Part shown: piece by piece, positions 22,274 through 31,627 of the stretch
Layout of the letters: each line of letters opens with the position of its first letter
Numbering within the stretch: position 1 is the first letter of the stretch
NCBI GenBank assembly: GCA_000434535.1
Contig: FR878731.1
Coordinates: 1-62,308, forward strand
DNA: 62,308 nucleotides
Direction of reading: 5' to 3'
DNA from: Collinsella sp. CAG:166
Lineage (GTDB): Bacteria; Actinomycetota; Coriobacteriia; Coriobacteriales; Coriobacteriaceae
Translations under genes and position numbers: made by a program
Notes under the pieces: generated by a model
Database searches by the model: none
What the model saw: only the letters and a program-made list of their open reading frames with translations
What the model was told of the DNA's origin: nothing

Positions 22274-22330
22274 AAGTGCGGCGGTATTTTACCAAACCGA
22301 AACAGCTCCATCCCAAAAAGACGAGCAAGA

Positions 22331-22397
22331 AGTTGCGGTGGAATAGTTCTTGTATTTGCTGCCAAAGCCTCCAAACAGGAACTATTTCACCGCAACT
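22331..22397. repeat. Palindromic repeat family A, copy 3
   Basis: AGTTGCGGTGGAATAGTTCTTG...CAGGAACTATTTCACCGCAACT between selB and selC. Confidence 0.9.
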
Positions 22398-22422
22398 GAG
22401 GAGGTGGGGCGGGGCGGCCGAT

Positions 22423-24390
22423 CTAGCGCAGGGACCTCAGGCCGCCGGCGTCTTTGTCGAGCACCGTAAAGCGCACAGCATCCAGGTGTTCCAAGATGCT
22501 GATGGCACGTTTGCGCGACACACCCAGGGCCTCGCGCAGCACGCTCGTGGTGGCAGCGCCGCCGGCTGCCTCAATGGCAGCGGCAACAAGCTCGCGCGCA
22601 TGGGCCTCGGCGGCAGCGGACAGGGCAACGTCGCGCTCGACCTTAACGATCGAGCGGTTGAGCGAAAGCTCGCGCAGGGCACGCGTCATGGTGTCGCGAT
22701 CGAGCTGCAGTTGCTCGCCCACCTCGGGCAACGTCGGTGCATCGAGGCCGGCTTCGTCCAGCAAGGCAACGATACGTTCGCAGGCTTCGCGAACCACGCG
22801 TGCCGCCGCGGCGGCCGAATGCGGATCGAATACCTCGGCGCCCTCGGCGGCGCACACGCCACGCGAGCAGCCCTCGGCAATCAGAGCCGCGGCAACGCCA
22901 TCATCAGCGGCAGACCACGCAGCATGGGCAACGGCGCCGGGCGTAAAGCCCGTCTCCTTGGGGGCAGCCGCGTGCATGGCGGACAGGGTCGCTGCCAGTG
23001 CATCCATCGCGGCGTCGAGCACGGCGGCATTCACATACAGCGCATCGCCCGAGCCGGCAAGCTTGTAAACAACACCTCGCGCCACCAGCTCGTTCAGCGC
23101 GGCGTCGGCCTCAACGGAAACAAGATCTAGCGCTGCGGCAACGTCGGCAACCACGACCGGCAACGCCTGCAGCGCCAGCCACGCATCCACACCAGCGACG
23201 GCATCGCCGGCCTCAAGCGCCGCAAGCAGCGTGCGCTCCCCCACCGAAAGCTTGCGCGAGCGACGGCAGCACGAAAGCAGTACGCGCCCGCCGCCAATGA
23301 GCATAACGGGCGAATACGACAGCACCACGGCGTGGTCTCCAGCGCGCAGCGGCAGCGGCTCCTCCAAGCGCACCTGTACGGTACGGGTCTCGCCCACCGC
23401 CATGGGGGCCTCGCCCTCCAAAAGCATGATGCGGCCGACAACCTCGGCCGTGCCGGCCATCACATGCACGCGCGCGCCCGACTCGAGCACGCGCGGCTTG
23501 GCGCCCTCGCGACCCAGGTAGGTGAACGTCATCATAAAGCGCAACGTCTGACCAAAGCGGTCCGCCACGCCGAGCATCTCGCCACGGTCAAGTGCCGCGA
23601 CACCGTCACCTACCAGGTTGAGCGCCACGCGTTGCCCAGGCAGCGCGCGCGGCGTATCGCCATGCACCTGAATCCCGCGCACACGACAGACCGTACGCGA
23701 CGGTAAAGCCATCAGCTCGTCACCCACCGCAACGGGCGCATCGTGCAGCGTTCCCGTCACGACGGTGCCAACACCCTTGATCGTAAAGCAGCGGTCAATC
23801 GGCAGGCGAGGTGCGGCATCGCTCCGCTCGGAACGGTCACGACAGGCATCCCAGCAGGCACTTACCTGCTCGTCGAGCACCGCAAGCAGCCCGTCGATCC
23901 CATCGCCCGTCTTAGACGACACGGGCACAATGGGCGCGCCCGCAAACACGGTACCCGACAAAAAGTCATCGACATCGAGCTCGGCAAGCTCGGTCATCTC
24001 GGCATCGGCCAGGTCACACATCGTCAGCGCGACCACCATATGCGTAACGCCCAAAAGCTCCAGCACATGCACGTGCTCGCGGGTCTGCGGCATCACGCCC
24101 TCGACGGCCGAAACCACCAGCACGGCCACGTCGATGCCTGTCGCACCCTGCACCATGGCGCGCAGGTAATGGGCATGCCCCGGCACATCGACCAGGCCCA
24201 CGATCTTGCCGCTCGGCAGCGCCAGTTCGCCAAAGCCCAGCTCCACCGTCATGCCGCGACGACGCTCGACCTCTAGGCGATCGGGGTTCTTGCCGGTCAG
24301 CGCCTCGATCAGCGCCGACTTACCGTGGTCGACGTGGCCCGCCGTACCAACGATAACGGGACACTCCACCAGCGCTTGAACCTCACTCAT
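22423..24390 (-). CDS. selB: Selenocysteine-specific elongation factor
   Basis: GTAGHVDHGKS, RGMTVELGF, DVPGH, C-terminal winged helix SRKRAISILEHLD. Confidence 0.95.
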   Translation of the reverse strand: MSEVQALVECPVIVGTAGHVDHGKSALIEALTGKNPDRLEVERRRGMTVELGFGELALPSGKIVGLVDVPGHAHYLRAMVQGATGIDVAVLVVSAVEGVMPQTREHVHVLELLGVTHMVVALTMCDLADAEMTELAELDVDDFLSGTVFAGAPIVPVSSKTGDGIDGLLAVLDEQVSACWDACRDRSERSDAAPRLPIDRCFTIKGVGTVVTGTLHDAPVAVGDELMALPSRTVCRVRGIQVHGDTPRALPGQRVALNLVGDGVAALDRGEMLGVADRFGQTLRFMMTFTYLGREGAKPRVLESGARVHVMAGTAEVVGRIMLLEGEAPMAVGETRTVQVRLEEPLPLRAGDHAVVLSYSPVMLIGGGRVLLSCCRRSRKLSVGERTLLAALEAGDAVAGVDAWLALQALPVVVADVAAALDLVSVEADAALNELVARGVVYKLAGSGDALYVNAAVLDAAMDALAATLSAMHAAAPKETGFTPGAVAHAAWSAADDGVAAALIAEGCSRGVCAAEGAEVFDPHSAAAAARVVREACERIVALLDEAGLDAPTLPEVGEQLQLDRDTMTRALRELSLNRSIVKVERDVALSAAAEAHARELVAAAIEAAGGAATTSVLREALGVSRKRAISILEHLDAVRFTVLDKDAGGLRSLR

Positions 24391-25844
24391 CGAGCAATCG
24401 CCTTCTTAACGCACGCGACGAGCGTCGACGCCGCCGTCTCGATATCGCGGTCACCCACGAGCGTGCGCACATCAAACAGAATGCGGTCGTGCGAGGTACG
24501 CGTGACGACCGGCGTGTCGAAATCTTGGACGAGCGAGCGCTTGAGCGCGTCGACGGACAGGCACCCGTCGACCGGGCAGACGGCCACGCACATGGTGGGC
24601 AGCTCCACGGTAGGCAGCGAGCCGCCACCGGGGGTCGACGATTCCTCGACGATCTCCACCTGAACGGCGCACGGGCAACCGGCCTTATCGAGCCCGGCGA
24701 CCATACGATCGCGCAACTTACGTGCGCGACGCTCCAGATGAGCCTGCGGAAGCGTGAGCATGTTGAGCACCGGCACCTCGCGATGGGCCACATCCGCCCC
24801 GTCCATGTAGATGCGCAGTGTGGCCTCGAGCGCCGCCAGTGCGAGCTTGCCCGGGCGCAGGGCGCGCATAAGCGGATGCGACCCGCAGGCCTGGACCAGA
24901 TCGCGACGGCCCATGATAATGCCCGCCTGTGCGGCACCGAGCAGTTTATCGCCCGAGCACGACACCAGATCGAGCCCTGCCGAAACCGAAGCCGGCGTGG
25001 TTTCTTCGCCGCCACGCACCAAGATGTCGTCGGGCAACAGCGCGCCCGAGCCCTGGTCCTCGTAGAACAGCAGGCCGTGCTTATGGGCCAGCGCGGCGAG
25101 CTCCCTTGAGCTCACTTCCTCGTGAAAGCCCTCAATGCGGTAGTTGGAAGGATGAACCTTCAGGATCATAGCCGTGTCGGGCGTGATGGCGCGCTCGTAA
25201 TCGGCAAGGTGCGTGCGATTGGTGGCACCAACCTCGACAAGTTTGGCGCCCGAAGCCTCCATGACATCGGGAATGCGGAAGCTGCCGCCGATTTCGACGA
25301 GCTCGCCGCGGCTCACGATGACCTCTTTTCCCGCAGCGTGAGTGGCCAGCACCAGCAGCACAGCGGCGGCGTTGTTGTTAACGACCAGCGCGTCCTCGGC
25401 ACCGGTAAGCGAGCGGATCAGCTGCGCGGCATGTTCCTTGCGCGACCCACGCGAGCAGGTGTCCACGCTGTACTCGAGCGTGCTGTACCCGCGCGCGACC
25501 TCGGCCACGGCCTTTGCCGCCGACTCCGCGAGCGGGGCGCGGCCCAGGTTGGTATGGATAACCACGCCCGTAGCGTTTACGGCGGGACGCAAGCTCGGCA
25601 GCGCGGAGCGATGCGCACGCCACTCGATGGCCGAGGCCAGCTCGCGCTTGGAACGCGGGGCGGCGCCGGCACGAATCGCGGCACGCTCCTCATCGAGCTC
25701 GGCCGTGACGGCGGCATGCACCACCGCGTCGCAGGTCTCCCCCGCCGCCTTCACAACCGGCCACTCTGCGAGCAGCTCGTTGACGGAAGGAATAGCGCGA
25801 AGGCGGGCGCGTACCTCATCGGACATGTTCTGGCTATCGCTCAT
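24387..25844 (-). CDS. selA: L-seryl-tRNA(Sec) selenium transferase
   Basis: NATGVVIHTNLGRAPL, VNNNAAAV, EIGGSFRIP, SGDKLLG. Confidence 0.96.
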   Translation of the reverse strand: MSDSQNMSDEVRARLRAIPSVNELLAEWPVVKAAGETCDAVVHAAVTAELDEERAAIRAGAAPRSKRELASAIEWRAHRSALPSLRPAVNATGVVIHTNLGRAPLAESAAKAVAEVARGYSTLEYSVDTCSRGSRKEHAAQLIRSLTGAEDALVVNNNAAAVLLVLATHAAGKEVIVSRGELVEIGGSFRIPDVMEASGAKLVEVGATNRTHLADYERAITPDTAMILKVHPSNYRIEGFHEEVSSRELAALAHKHGLLFYEDQGSGALLPDDILVRGGEETTPASVSAGLDLVSCSGDKLLGAAQAGIIMGRRDLVQACGSHPLMRALRPGKLALAALEATLRIYMDGADVAHREVPVLNMLTLPQAHLERRARKLRDRMVAGLDKAGCPCAVQVEIVEESSTPGGGSLPTVELPTMCVAVCPVDGCLSVDALKRSLVQDFDTPVVTRTSHDRILFDVRTLVGDRDIETAASTLVACVKKAIAR

Positions 25845-25920
25845 GTGCGGCCTTTCAAAACCAAAGGTGAATCAATCGTTCGAATGTCAAACTATCAGCC
25901 AATTCGATCAGCTGAGTCAA

Positions 25921-28038
25921 TTACTCGCTATTATCCTCGCGTGCCGCGATCTTTTCCACGCGAACGGCGTTTTCCTGGGTGAGCGCAGCGCCCGTCAACG
26001 GGTCCCAACGCAACGGCGTATGGTCGAGCGGGCCCACGCCCAAGGCTTGAGCGCCACCGGCATCGGCGCCAAACGAACGCCCGCCGGGAGCGGCCGAGGT
26101 GAAGATGCACGCCGGATGCAGATAGGGCGTCGTCTCCACGCGCACGCGGTCGCGGCCCATGTCGCTCACGAGTTCGACGATCTCGCCGTCGGCGATGCCC
26201 ATGTGCGCAGCAGCATCGGCATTCATCTGCACGGCATCCAGGTCCGACCCAGCCTCGGCGGCACCTTGGGCCGCGAGCCTGCGCGAGGTATGCGACTCAA
26301 AGGGACGGTTGCCGCTAATGAGGCGAAACATCCCCGGGCCAGGCTCCACCATGGGAGCGATCCAGTTGGGTACACAACCCAGGCCGGCTCGTTCCCATAC
26401 GTCGCTTGCCAGCGCAATTTTGCCGCCATCCAGGGGAATCGCCGGCTCACCCGTGCGCGACGGCAGCGGCACGCCCGTATCGGCCCAGCCGCGCTCCTTG
26501 AGCTCGTCCAGATCGATCCCAAACGGTGCCACCTGGGCAGCCGCCAGATCGTCAGACGTAAACCGGAAGTACTCGCCAACGCCACACGCCTGCGCCAGAC
26601 CGACAAAGATCTCCCGACCGGGACGCGTGTCGTTATGCAACACGGGCAGCACGGCGTTGCGGTAGAACACGCACGAATCATTGGCGCCCACGACTGTGCC
26701 CACACCGCGATCGGCCTCCAGGTACGTCACGTCGGGCAGCACGAAATCAGAAGCACGCGCCGTCTCGGACCAGCGAATGTCAATCGTCACGAGCAAGTCG
26801 AGCTGTTGCAAAATGCCCAACCAAGCCTGCGCATTGCCATAGCCCGCACCGGGGTTACTGGCATAGACGATGAGCCCACGCAAATCGCCGGCAAGAATCG
26901 ACTGACCGATGGTCGTGCACAGGCCGCGCACCGGATCGACCAGTGGATAGCGCTCGGAGCCCAACTTGGGCTCACGTGGCATCGACGGCATTGCGAAACG
27001 CGCAGGGTCCAAATCGCCCAATGCAAGCGGCGTGGGCGGGTTGAGGGCACCGCCCGCATGCCCAATACAGCCCAGCAGCACATCGACCAAGCAGATAGCG
27101 CGCGCGGTCTGGGTGCTATTGGCATACGCGATACCGATGCCACCATGAAAGCCAGCGTCCACCACCGCAGCAGGCGCCGCGGCAGCCAAATCTCGCGCAG
27201 TCGCGACAACCTCTGCGGCAGGCACGTCGCACATCGACTCGGCCCACTCGGGCGTCCAAGCATGGGCCGCCTGCACCAGCTCGTCAAAACCCGTGGTATA
27301 GAGGGTCACAAACTCGTGGTCATACAAGTCCTCGGCAATCAAGACATGCGCAATGCCCAGCAGCAAGGCAAGGTCACAGCCCGGGCGCACGCGCAGCCAG
27401 CGGTCGGCAAGCGCAGCCGAGCCACTGCGCCGGGGGTCGACCACGATAATCTTCGCCCCACGGCGACGGGCATCGTTGAGCGCATCAACGGCCCCCATCG
27501 TCGACGAATCGACGATGGAACGCCCCAGGTACATGATGCAATCGGTATGCGCCAGGTCGGAGGCGGGACTATAGCCCAAGCTGTGCTCCCAACCGGTAAG
27601 TCGGCTTACCTCGCAGGCACCGTCGGCACCGTACACGTTGGGCGAACCAAGCGCATGCATAAAGCGATGCGCCCAGTAGCGGTCGAACGAGGGCACGCCG
27701 AGCGTCATGCCCAGCGCACGGGGACCATGCCCGTCAACAATCTCCCCAAGGCGCGCTGCGATCTGCGCGAACGCCTCATCCCAGGAAATCGCATCGAACC
27801 CCGAGCCATCAGCTCGTCGGCGCATGGGGTGCAAAATCCGGTCGCGCTCGTCAAACGGCATGTCCAGGCGATGGCGCCCGCGGGCGCACAGGGCACGCGC
27901 CGCGCACGGATGCCCCACAACCGGCAGTTCAGCCACCACACGCCCATCCTCAACATGGGCCGCAAAGGCGCAATCGGCATAGCATCCCCCGCATGTGGTC
28001 ACCACGGCGCGACCGTCACGCTTCACAGCAGATGCCAT
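25921..28038 (-). CDS. DMSO-reductase-family molybdopterin oxidoreductase (PsrA/PhsA-like), no Tat signal
   Basis: N-terminal CGGCYADC...LCARG FS0 motif, ISWDEA, VVDPR, SETARASDFVLP; putative Mo ligand Cys in GADGACEVSR. Confidence 0.8.
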   Translation of the reverse strand: MASAVKRDGRAVVTTCGGCYADCAFAAHVEDGRVVAELPVVGHPCAARALCARGRHRLDMPFDERDRILHPMRRRADGSGFDAISWDEAFAQIAARLGEIVDGHGPRALGMTLGVPSFDRYWAHRFMHALGSPNVYGADGACEVSRLTGWEHSLGYSPASDLAHTDCIMYLGRSIVDSSTMGAVDALNDARRRGAKIIVVDPRRSGSAALADRWLRVRPGCDLALLLGIAHVLIAEDLYDHEFVTLYTTGFDELVQAAHAWTPEWAESMCDVPAAEVVATARDLAAAAPAAVVDAGFHGGIGIAYANSTQTARAICLVDVLLGCIGHAGGALNPPTPLALGDLDPARFAMPSMPREPKLGSERYPLVDPVRGLCTTIGQSILAGDLRGLIVYASNPGAGYGNAQAWLGILQQLDLLVTIDIRWSETARASDFVLPDVTYLEADRGVGTVVGANDSCVFYRNAVLPVLHNDTRPGREIFVGLAQACGVGEYFRFTSDDLAAAQVAPFGIDLDELKERGWADTGVPLPSRTGEPAIPLDGGKIALASDVWERAGLGCVPNWIAPMVEPGPGMFRLISGNRPFESHTSRRLAAQGAAEAGSDLDAVQMNADAAAHMGIADGEIVELVSDMGRDRVRVETTPYLHPACIFTSAAPGGRSFGADAGGAQALGVGPLDHTPLRWDPLTGAALTQENAVRVEKIAAREDNSE

Positions 28039-28104
28039 CTCGATTACCCCTTTCATCAGTCAAACACAACAGGCCAAAAGCCCGGCAACGAGCCCCAGAC
28101 CCAA

Positions 28105-28138
28105 AAAGCCTCCCGCACGGCAACGCCCCGCGGGAGGC
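28105..28138 (-). terminator. Terminator at end of FHL operon
   Basis: GCCTCCCGC stem followed by TTTTT on the minus strand. Confidence 0.7.
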
Positions 28139-28160
28139 CCAACGTCAAACAGACGGAACC

Positions 28161-29000
28161 TTACGCCTCGGACTTCTTGGCGTAGATAAACCAGTAGCCG
28201 AGCGCGACCAGAACCGCGCCGCCCACGATGTTGCCCAGCGTGGCGGCGGACAGGTTAAACGCAATGCCCGCGGCGTTGAGCGCATCGGCGCCGGCGACCT
28301 TGGCACCGTAGCCGCATGCGTGCATCACGGCGCCCATGGGCAAAAAGTACATGTTGGCGACGCAGTGCTCAAAACCGCAGGCCACAAAGGCGGCGATGGG
28401 CAGCAAAATGCCCACGACCTTATCGACCACGGTCTTGCCGGCGGTACCGATCCACACGGCCAGGCACACAAAGATATTGCACAGGATGCCGCGGAAGAAG
28501 ATCGTCACCCAGTCGACCGTCACCTTGCCGGCGGCGACGCTCACCATGGAATTGGCGACCGCCTCGCCGTTGAGCTTGTAAATGCCGGCCATGTACACCA
28601 AAAAGACGATGAACAGGGCACCGGCAAAGTTACCAAGCCACACGACGAGCCATGCCTTGAGCATCTGGACCAGAGTGATCTTTTTGCTCTTGAGCGCGCA
28701 GACCATAAGCGAGTTGCCAGTGAACAGCTCGGCGCCGCACACCAGCACGAGCACCAGGCCCAGGCAAAAGCACAAGCCGCCCACGACGCGCTGGGCGCCC
28801 CAGCCCAGCGTGCTATCGCTCAAGAACACCGTAAAGAACAGACCGCCGAAGGCGATAAACGCACCGGCGAACATTGCCAACAGAAAGGCCTTAGCGACCG
28901 GCAGGTTAGCCTTGGTCACACCGGCGGCCTCGGTCTTGGCCTCGATCGCGGCGGGCGCCAGGCAATCGGGAGCGGGGTACTCCACCTTGGAATCTGCCAT
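28161..29000 (-). CDS. focA: Formate/nitrite transporter (FocA/FdhC)
   Basis: AGAFIAFG, ELFTGN, GILCN, GFEHCVANM, GNIVGG. Confidence 0.9.
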   Translation of the reverse strand: MADSKVEYPAPDCLAPAAIEAKTEAAGVTKANLPVAKAFLLAMFAGAFIAFGGLFFTVFLSDSTLGWGAQRVVGGLCFCLGLVLVLVCGAELFTGNSLMVCALKSKKITLVQMLKAWLVVWLGNFAGALFIVFLVYMAGIYKLNGEAVANSMVSVAAGKVTVDWVTIFFRGILCNIFVCLAVWIGTAGKTVVDKVVGILLPIAAFVACGFEHCVANMYFLPMGAVMHACGYGAKVAGADALNAAGIAFNLSAATLGNIVGGAVLVALGYWFIYAKKSEA

Positions 29001-29039
29001 GTCAATCACTTCTTTCCTAATCAGCAGGGACAAGCGCTC

Positions 29040-29543
29040 CTATAGCTCCTGCCCCAAGCGGACAAAGTGGGAAAAGTCGTTGGCGGCCACGGCGTCATAC
29101 ACGGCGTCGACGGCCTCAAAGACCTCCGGGGACATGGGGTTATAGAACTCCGTATCGCCCGGCTGAATCCCTATGAAGACGATATCTTCGCACGATTGCT
29201 CAATCTCTTCGATCAGAATCGACAAGGGAAGCGAATGCGTGGTGAACATCGACTTGCGGGCCACATCACGTTTGTCGAGCAAGCGGATGGCGCCGACGGG
29301 CAGCGCCATGTCGGCGGCATCGACCAAGACCAGACGCGGCGGACGCTCGCGCTTGACCTCGATGATGTCGTCCTCGGGCGTTTGGCCGCCGTCAATGGTG
29401 TACCAACCGGCGATGGGTGCGTCCTCCATCTTTTTGGAGAGCACGGGGCCGGCGGCATCGTCGGCGCGCAGCACGCTTCCCGCCGTGAGCACGATACCCG
29501 CAAACGGGGCGCCGTTCACACGACCATCTACAACGCGACCCAT
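29040..29543 (-). CDS. hycI: Hydrogenase maturation endopeptidase
   Basis: GSVLRADDAAGP, DGGQTPE, VDAADM, TTHSLPL, GIQP. Confidence 0.88.
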   Translation of the reverse strand: MGRVVDGRVNGAPFAGIVLTAGSVLRADDAAGPVLSKKMEDAPIAGWYTIDGGQTPEDDIIEVKRERPPRLVLVDAADMALPVGAIRLLDKRDVARKSMFTTHSLPLSILIEEIEQSCEDIVFIGIQPGDTEFYNPMSPEVFEAVDAVYDAVAANDFSHFVRLGQEL

Positions 29544-30124
29544 TACTGCAACCTTCCCGTCAGATACACGCCCGACACATCGCGCACGCGCTCAACCAGA
29601 TCGCGAAACTTCATTAAGAAAGCGACCTGCTGGGCATGCAGGCCAAAGTCGTCATCGAACACCGAAATGCCAGCCTTGGCCGAGCCGCGAAAACCGCGCT
29701 CGTCGAGCAGCGTGTCGCAGGCCTCGAGCAGCGACGGCACCGCCGCCTTGTCAAGCTGGCACTCGCCAAAGGAGCGGATGGCCTCGAACTTGGTCTTGGC
29801 CTCCCCCTCCGGCAGCGCGTCGACGAGCGAATAGAAGACATCCACCGGCACCGACAGGCGCGGCTCAAAGCAGTCGAGCACGCCGGTGTGGTGGCCCACG
29901 GCGAGCGTGTAGTACAGCACGTCGCAGGCCTCCTGGGGAACGTCTTCCTCGGTCTCCACAAACTTACGCGTGAGCTCATAGAAGACCACCTGGTCGGGCG
30001 TATGGCCCAGGCAGGGGTCGGCGACGCCCTCGGCGGCCTCGTCGCTTGCGCGCGAGGCATCGCCAAAAGAGCCGCCGAGCATGCCGGGACCCGCAAAGTA
30101 ACCAGAGCGGTCCGTGAGCTCCAT
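29543..30124 (-). CDS. hyfJ: Formate hydrogenlyase maturation protein HycH/HyfJ
   Basis: VVFYELTRKFV, YYTLAVGHHTGVLDC. Confidence 0.85.
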   Translation of the reverse strand: MELTDRSGYFAGPGMLGGSFGDASRASDEAAEGVADPCLGHTPDQVVFYELTRKFVETEEDVPQEACDVLYYTLAVGHHTGVLDCFEPRLSVPVDVFYSLVDALPEGEAKTKFEAIRSFGECQLDKAAVPSLLEACDTLLDERGFRGSAKAGISVFDDDFGLHAQQVAFLMKFRDLVERVRDVSGVYLTGRLQ

Positions 30125-30907
30125 CTAGCGACCTCCGGCCAGCACCAGATCCTGCAGCGCCGAGTACACCTCGACGCGGCGCGGATCGTCCTGCTTATCG
30201 ATGAGCAGCGCCATGGCGCCGCGGATATCGCCCTTGGGCGCGCCCTCGAGCGTATCCATAAACTCGTTGGCCAGGTCACGGCCGTAGCGGTAGCCGCTCA
30301 TGGCGCGAGCCTCACGCTCGATGGCCACACGCAGCTTGTACGGCACGCCGGGGTGCAGGATATCGGCCTGCTCGCCGGCGGCCTCCACCGTGGTCTCGGC
30401 ATGGAGCTTTTGGTCCAGCAGACCGAGCGCCATGGCAAAGCCGTAGATGGTCTGCGCGGGGCTGGGCGGGCAGCCGGGGATGTAGACATCGACCGGCAGA
30501 ATCTTGTCCGTGCCGCCCCAGACGCAGTAGTTGTCGTAGAAGATGCCACCGGTGCAGCCGCACGCGCCATAGGACACCACGATCTTGGGATCGGGTGCGG
30601 CCTCAAAGGCGCGCAGGGCCGGCATGCGCATGGCACGCGTCACGGCGCCGGTGTACAACAGCACGTCGGCATGACGAGGCGAGGGCACGACCTTGATGCC
30701 AAAGCGCTCGACGTCGAAGACGGGCGTGATGGAACCGAAGATCTCGATCTCGCAGCCGTTGCAGCCGCCGCAGTCAACGCGGTAGACATACACCGAGCGC
30801 TTGATCTTCTTAAGAAGGGTCGCCTTGGCCTTCTCGATGCTCTCGTCGAGCTCGATCTTGGTCGGGCGGTACTGAAGCCGCTCGGGCAAAAGCGTGGGTT
30901 CGGCCAT
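30125..30907 (-). CDS. hyfI: Group 4 [NiFe] hydrogenase small subunit HyfI/HycG
   Basis: DCGGCNGCEIE, SPRHAD, GACGCTGG, IPGCPP. Confidence 0.92.
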   Translation of the reverse strand: MAEPTLLPERLQYRPTKIELDESIEKAKATLLKKIKRSVYVYRVDCGGCNGCEIEIFGSITPVFDVERFGIKVVPSPRHADVLLYTGAVTRAMRMPALRAFEAAPDPKIVVSYGACGCTGGIFYDNYCVWGGTDKILPVDVYIPGCPPSPAQTIYGFAMALGLLDQKLHAETTVEAAGEQADILHPGVPYKLRVAIEREARAMSGYRYGRDLANEFMDTLEGAPKGDIRGAMALLIDKQDDPRRVEVYSALQDLVLAGGR

Positions 30908-30909
30908 GG

Positions 30910-31626
30910 TTACTCCTCCTTCATTTCAAAATCCATGATGATGCCCTCGACCGGCGCCGGACCGGCGGGAATCTCGGGCGCATCGGGGTTAAGCTCGCGG
31001 TCGATATACTCCGGGTTCACGCCGTGGCCGCCCAGATACTCCATGCCGGGGCCCTGGGGCTCGCCGGACGCAAGCGTCTCGTTGGCAGCCATGCCGTGTG
31101 CGTTGCCGGTCTTTACGGCCGATGCGGCGCGCAGGGCGTCGAGCTCGCGCTTGCACTCCTGGCACATACCGACGGTGCGGGCGGCCTGCTCGGCCTCCAT
31201 GCCGCCGGCCTTTTGCAGCAGGCGCTTGGCATAGTCGATCTCCTTGTGCGGGGCAAACGGCTTGCCGCAACGCGAGCAGTGCTCGAGCGCATAGACGCTC
31301 TTGCTGGTGAGGTCGTCCTTGCTCATGACGGCCAGCTCAAACTCCTCGGTGAGCTTGATGGCCTCCATGGGGCAGGCTTCCTCGCAGCGGCCGCAAAAGA
31401 TGCAGCGGCCGTAGTCGATTGACCAGGTAATGGTATCGGCCGCAAGGTCGGTGTCCATGCGAATGGCATCGGCCGGGCACGCCACGCCGCAGGCACCGCA
31501 GGCGATGCAGAGCTCGGCATTGTGCTCGGGCTTGCCGCGCATGTCCTTGTTGGTGGGGAACGGCGCAAACGGGTACTTGACCGTCGCGTCGCCGGCCTTG
31601 GCGTTAACCTTCCAAAGCTTCAGCAT
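30910..31626 (-). CDS. hyfH: FHL Fe-S subunit HyfH/HycF
   Basis: TVKYPF, CIACGAC...CP, CIFCGRCEEACP. Confidence 0.9.
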   Translation of the reverse strand: MLKLWKVNAKAGDATVKYPFAPFPTNKDMRGKPEHNAELCIACGACGVACPADAIRMDTDLAADTITWSIDYGRCIFCGRCEEACPMEAIKLTEEFELAVMSKDDLTSKSVYALEHCSRCGKPFAPHKEIDYAKRLLQKAGGMEAEQAARTVGMCQECKRELDALRAASAVKTGNAHGMAANETLASGEPQGPGMEYLGGHGVNPEYIDRELNPDAPEIPAGPAPVEGIIMDFEMKEE

Positions 31627-31627
31627 A

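Noticed and set aside
22023..22328. N-terminal extension of mobA
   Set aside because: Overlaps tRNA-Sec; MobA homology begins near 22022.
24387..24390. UGA stops of selA and of DUF3343 (49107) as Sec read-through sites
   Set aside because: Both are ATGA stop/start overlaps at natural protein ends.
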